Source of the DNA: a virus
Taxonomy: Duplodnaviria > Heunggongvirae > Uroviricota > Caudoviricetes
Length of the DNA: 64,000 nucleotides
Reading direction: 5' to 3' (one strand)
Virus record (IMG/VR): IMGVR_UViG_2841729706_000003
Coordinates: 41,668-105,667 of that record
In this document: positions 62,979 through 64,000 of the stretch, in pieces
Layout of the letters: each line of letters begins with the position of its first letter
How positions within the stretch are numbered: the first letter of the stretch is position 1
Notes under the pieces: model-generated
Told to the model about the DNA's origin: nothing
Database searches by the model: none
The model's input: only the letters and a program-made list of their open reading frames with translations
Program-made: the position numbers and the translations under genes

Positions 62979-64000
62979 TCGAAAAGGTGCACGGCCCTGT
63001 CGCCACGACAACGTTTGACGAGGCGGCTCGCGCCTACATTAAAGACGGTGGCGACCAGACATATCTGCTCCGGCAAGACAGGGAGGGGCGGCGACATGGA
63101 CTCATGCCCCACTTCGGCGACGCGAAGTTGGCATCCATTACGCAGGACGACCTCGACAAGGCTGCGACTGCGCTATGCCGTCCGGGCGCTAGCCGCGAGA
63201 CATTGATTCGGAACGTCTATACTCCATTCATTGCCGTGTGGAATTTCGCTTCGTCTGAAGTTCGCAAGATGGCCGCGCCAAAGAAATGGCAACGGCCGCG
63301 CAAGGCCAAGGGCACAAACGTTCTTCGGATAGCAGGGACGAAGCGCAGCGGCACAAGGCCGGTCGACTACAATCGAGCGGCGCAATTTGTTGCCAATATG
63401 TCGCCGGCTCCGGCCATGGTGATGACGGCTTTGTTCTTTACCGGCCTTCGACCGATCGAACTTTTCGCGCTTGAATCATCGGAGGTGAATGTCGCCGGCC
63501 GCTGGCTGGTATTGCATAGCACCAAAACCGGAGAGCCGCGCGGCGTGCCAATTCATGAATTTCTGGCGCCTCTCTTCGAATCTCTTTTGAAGCGAGGGGA
63601 TTTAGAAAACGACCCTCGGATATTTCGCACTCACAAGGGCGAGGCATACCGTCCGACCGAGGACGGTGGCGGCCAGCTCAAGACGGCTATTATCGGAGCC
63701 AGACGCCGAAGCGGCATACTCGACATAAGCCCCTATACGGCGCGCCACTCCGTTTCCACCGGCTTGGTGATTGCTGGCGTCCATCCGCACATTAAGGACC
63801 AGATACTCGGCCACGCGGCAGACAACATGTCGCGCCACTATACGAACGTTCCGCAAGCGCCACTCATCGAGGCAATCAATAAACTGCCCGTTCCTGACGC
63901 CTGGCAGGCGTTGCCGTGGTGGCAAGATCCCCTGGCTTGGAGTGCAAAGCTAGTCGAGGGAACCGGCGCGAGGAATGACTTGAAGGAGAAGCGGGCCTAG
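62825..64000 (+). CDS. int: Tyrosine integrase (phage integrase family)
   Basis: N-terminal SAM-like arm/core-binding region MSEPKLTKRPGSDNWYIRGT...; C-terminal catalytic region with R...HxxR...Y (ARHSVSTGLV...LGHAADNMSRHYT); stop codon is the last triplet of the window. Confidence 0.8.
   Translation: MSEPKLTKRPGSDNWYIRGTNSAGRPVFRSTKTKDEATAKALLVQYQARVLVEKVHGPVATTTFDEAARAYIKDGGDQTYLLRQDREGRRHGLMPHFGDAKLASITQDDLDKAATALCRPGASRETLIRNVYTPFIAVWNFASSEVRKMAAPKKWQRPRKAKGTNVLRIAGTKRSGTRPVDYNRAAQFVANMSPAPAMVMTALFFTGLRPIELFALESSEVNVAGRWLVLHSTKTGEPRGVPIHEFLAPLFESLLKRGDLENDPRIFRTHKGEAYRPTEDGGGQLKTAIIGARRRSGILDISPYTARHSVSTGLVIAGVHPHIKDQILGHAADNMSRHYTNVPQAPLIEAINKLPVPDAWQALPWWQDPLAWSAKLVEGTGARNDLKEKRA

Larger units (their letters stand above)
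2404..64000. mobile_element. Integrated temperate siphovirus prophage (HK97-like head, RcGTA-like tail, lambda-like int/xis/cI/cro layout); right end beyond window
   Basis: Contiguous phage modules from the tRNA-fragment att candidate to the integrase gene, whose stop is the last codon of the window. Confidence 0.75.

Noticed and set aside
1-64000. CRISPR arrays, rRNA genes, reverse transcriptases or retron-like ncRNA
   Set aside because: No short regularly spaced direct repeats, no rRNA-like conserved segments and no RT motifs were seen in any frame.

Overview
This 64-kb window is almost entirely one integrated temperate siphovirus prophage in a GC-rich alphaproteobacterium. The host is probably a Rhizobiales relative, but that is inference from gene content only. 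The phage has an HK97-type head module and an RcGTA-type tail module, and the structure and lysis genes run leftward on the minus strand from about 31 kb to 10 kb. The early and replication region, also minus-strand from about 56.6 kb to 35 kb, carries a PrimPol-type primase, an SF2 helicase, a sliding-clamp homolog, a Sak4-like AAA_24 ATPase, a Cas4-like nuclease and a DNA methyltransferase. A divergent cro/cI-like switch sits at 56.65-56.96 kb. A rightward operon then ends in an excisionase and a tyrosine integrase at 62.8-64.0 kb, so the right att site lies just outside the window. A 3'-terminal tRNA-Thr(GGU)-like fragment at 2404-2458 is the best candidate for the left att core. The stretch left of it (1-2.4 kb) holds a ParB-like, a Ner-like and a second cI-like gene that look like a separate element. 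Embedded in the prophage are an ISL3-family IS with a passenger ORF and a perfect 8-bp target duplication, an intact-looking phage tRNA-Pro(UGG), and an opposite-strand HicAB toxin-antitoxin pair. An RNA-repair pair (Rnl1-like RNA ligase plus a phosphatase-kinase Pnkp) also lies in the early region. Other cargo includes an SPFH/band-7 protein with micro-membrane peptides, a VWA protein, a large metallophosphoesterase next to HD-hydrolase and dNMP-kinase genes, an outer-membrane beta-barrel gene and two small secreted-protein genes. The most unusual observations are threefold. A 376-aa early protein combines three KOW-like repeats with a C-terminal segment that strongly resembles the factor-binding helices of ribosomal protein L7/L12. 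A conserved CACCAC-N-GAGGAG translation-initiation-region motif precedes at least 16 early or accessory genes on both strands. An identical 30-nt hairpin-plus-U-tract element sits immediately upstream of the major capsid and major tail genes. No CRISPR array, rRNA or obvious defence operon of a named family was seen.
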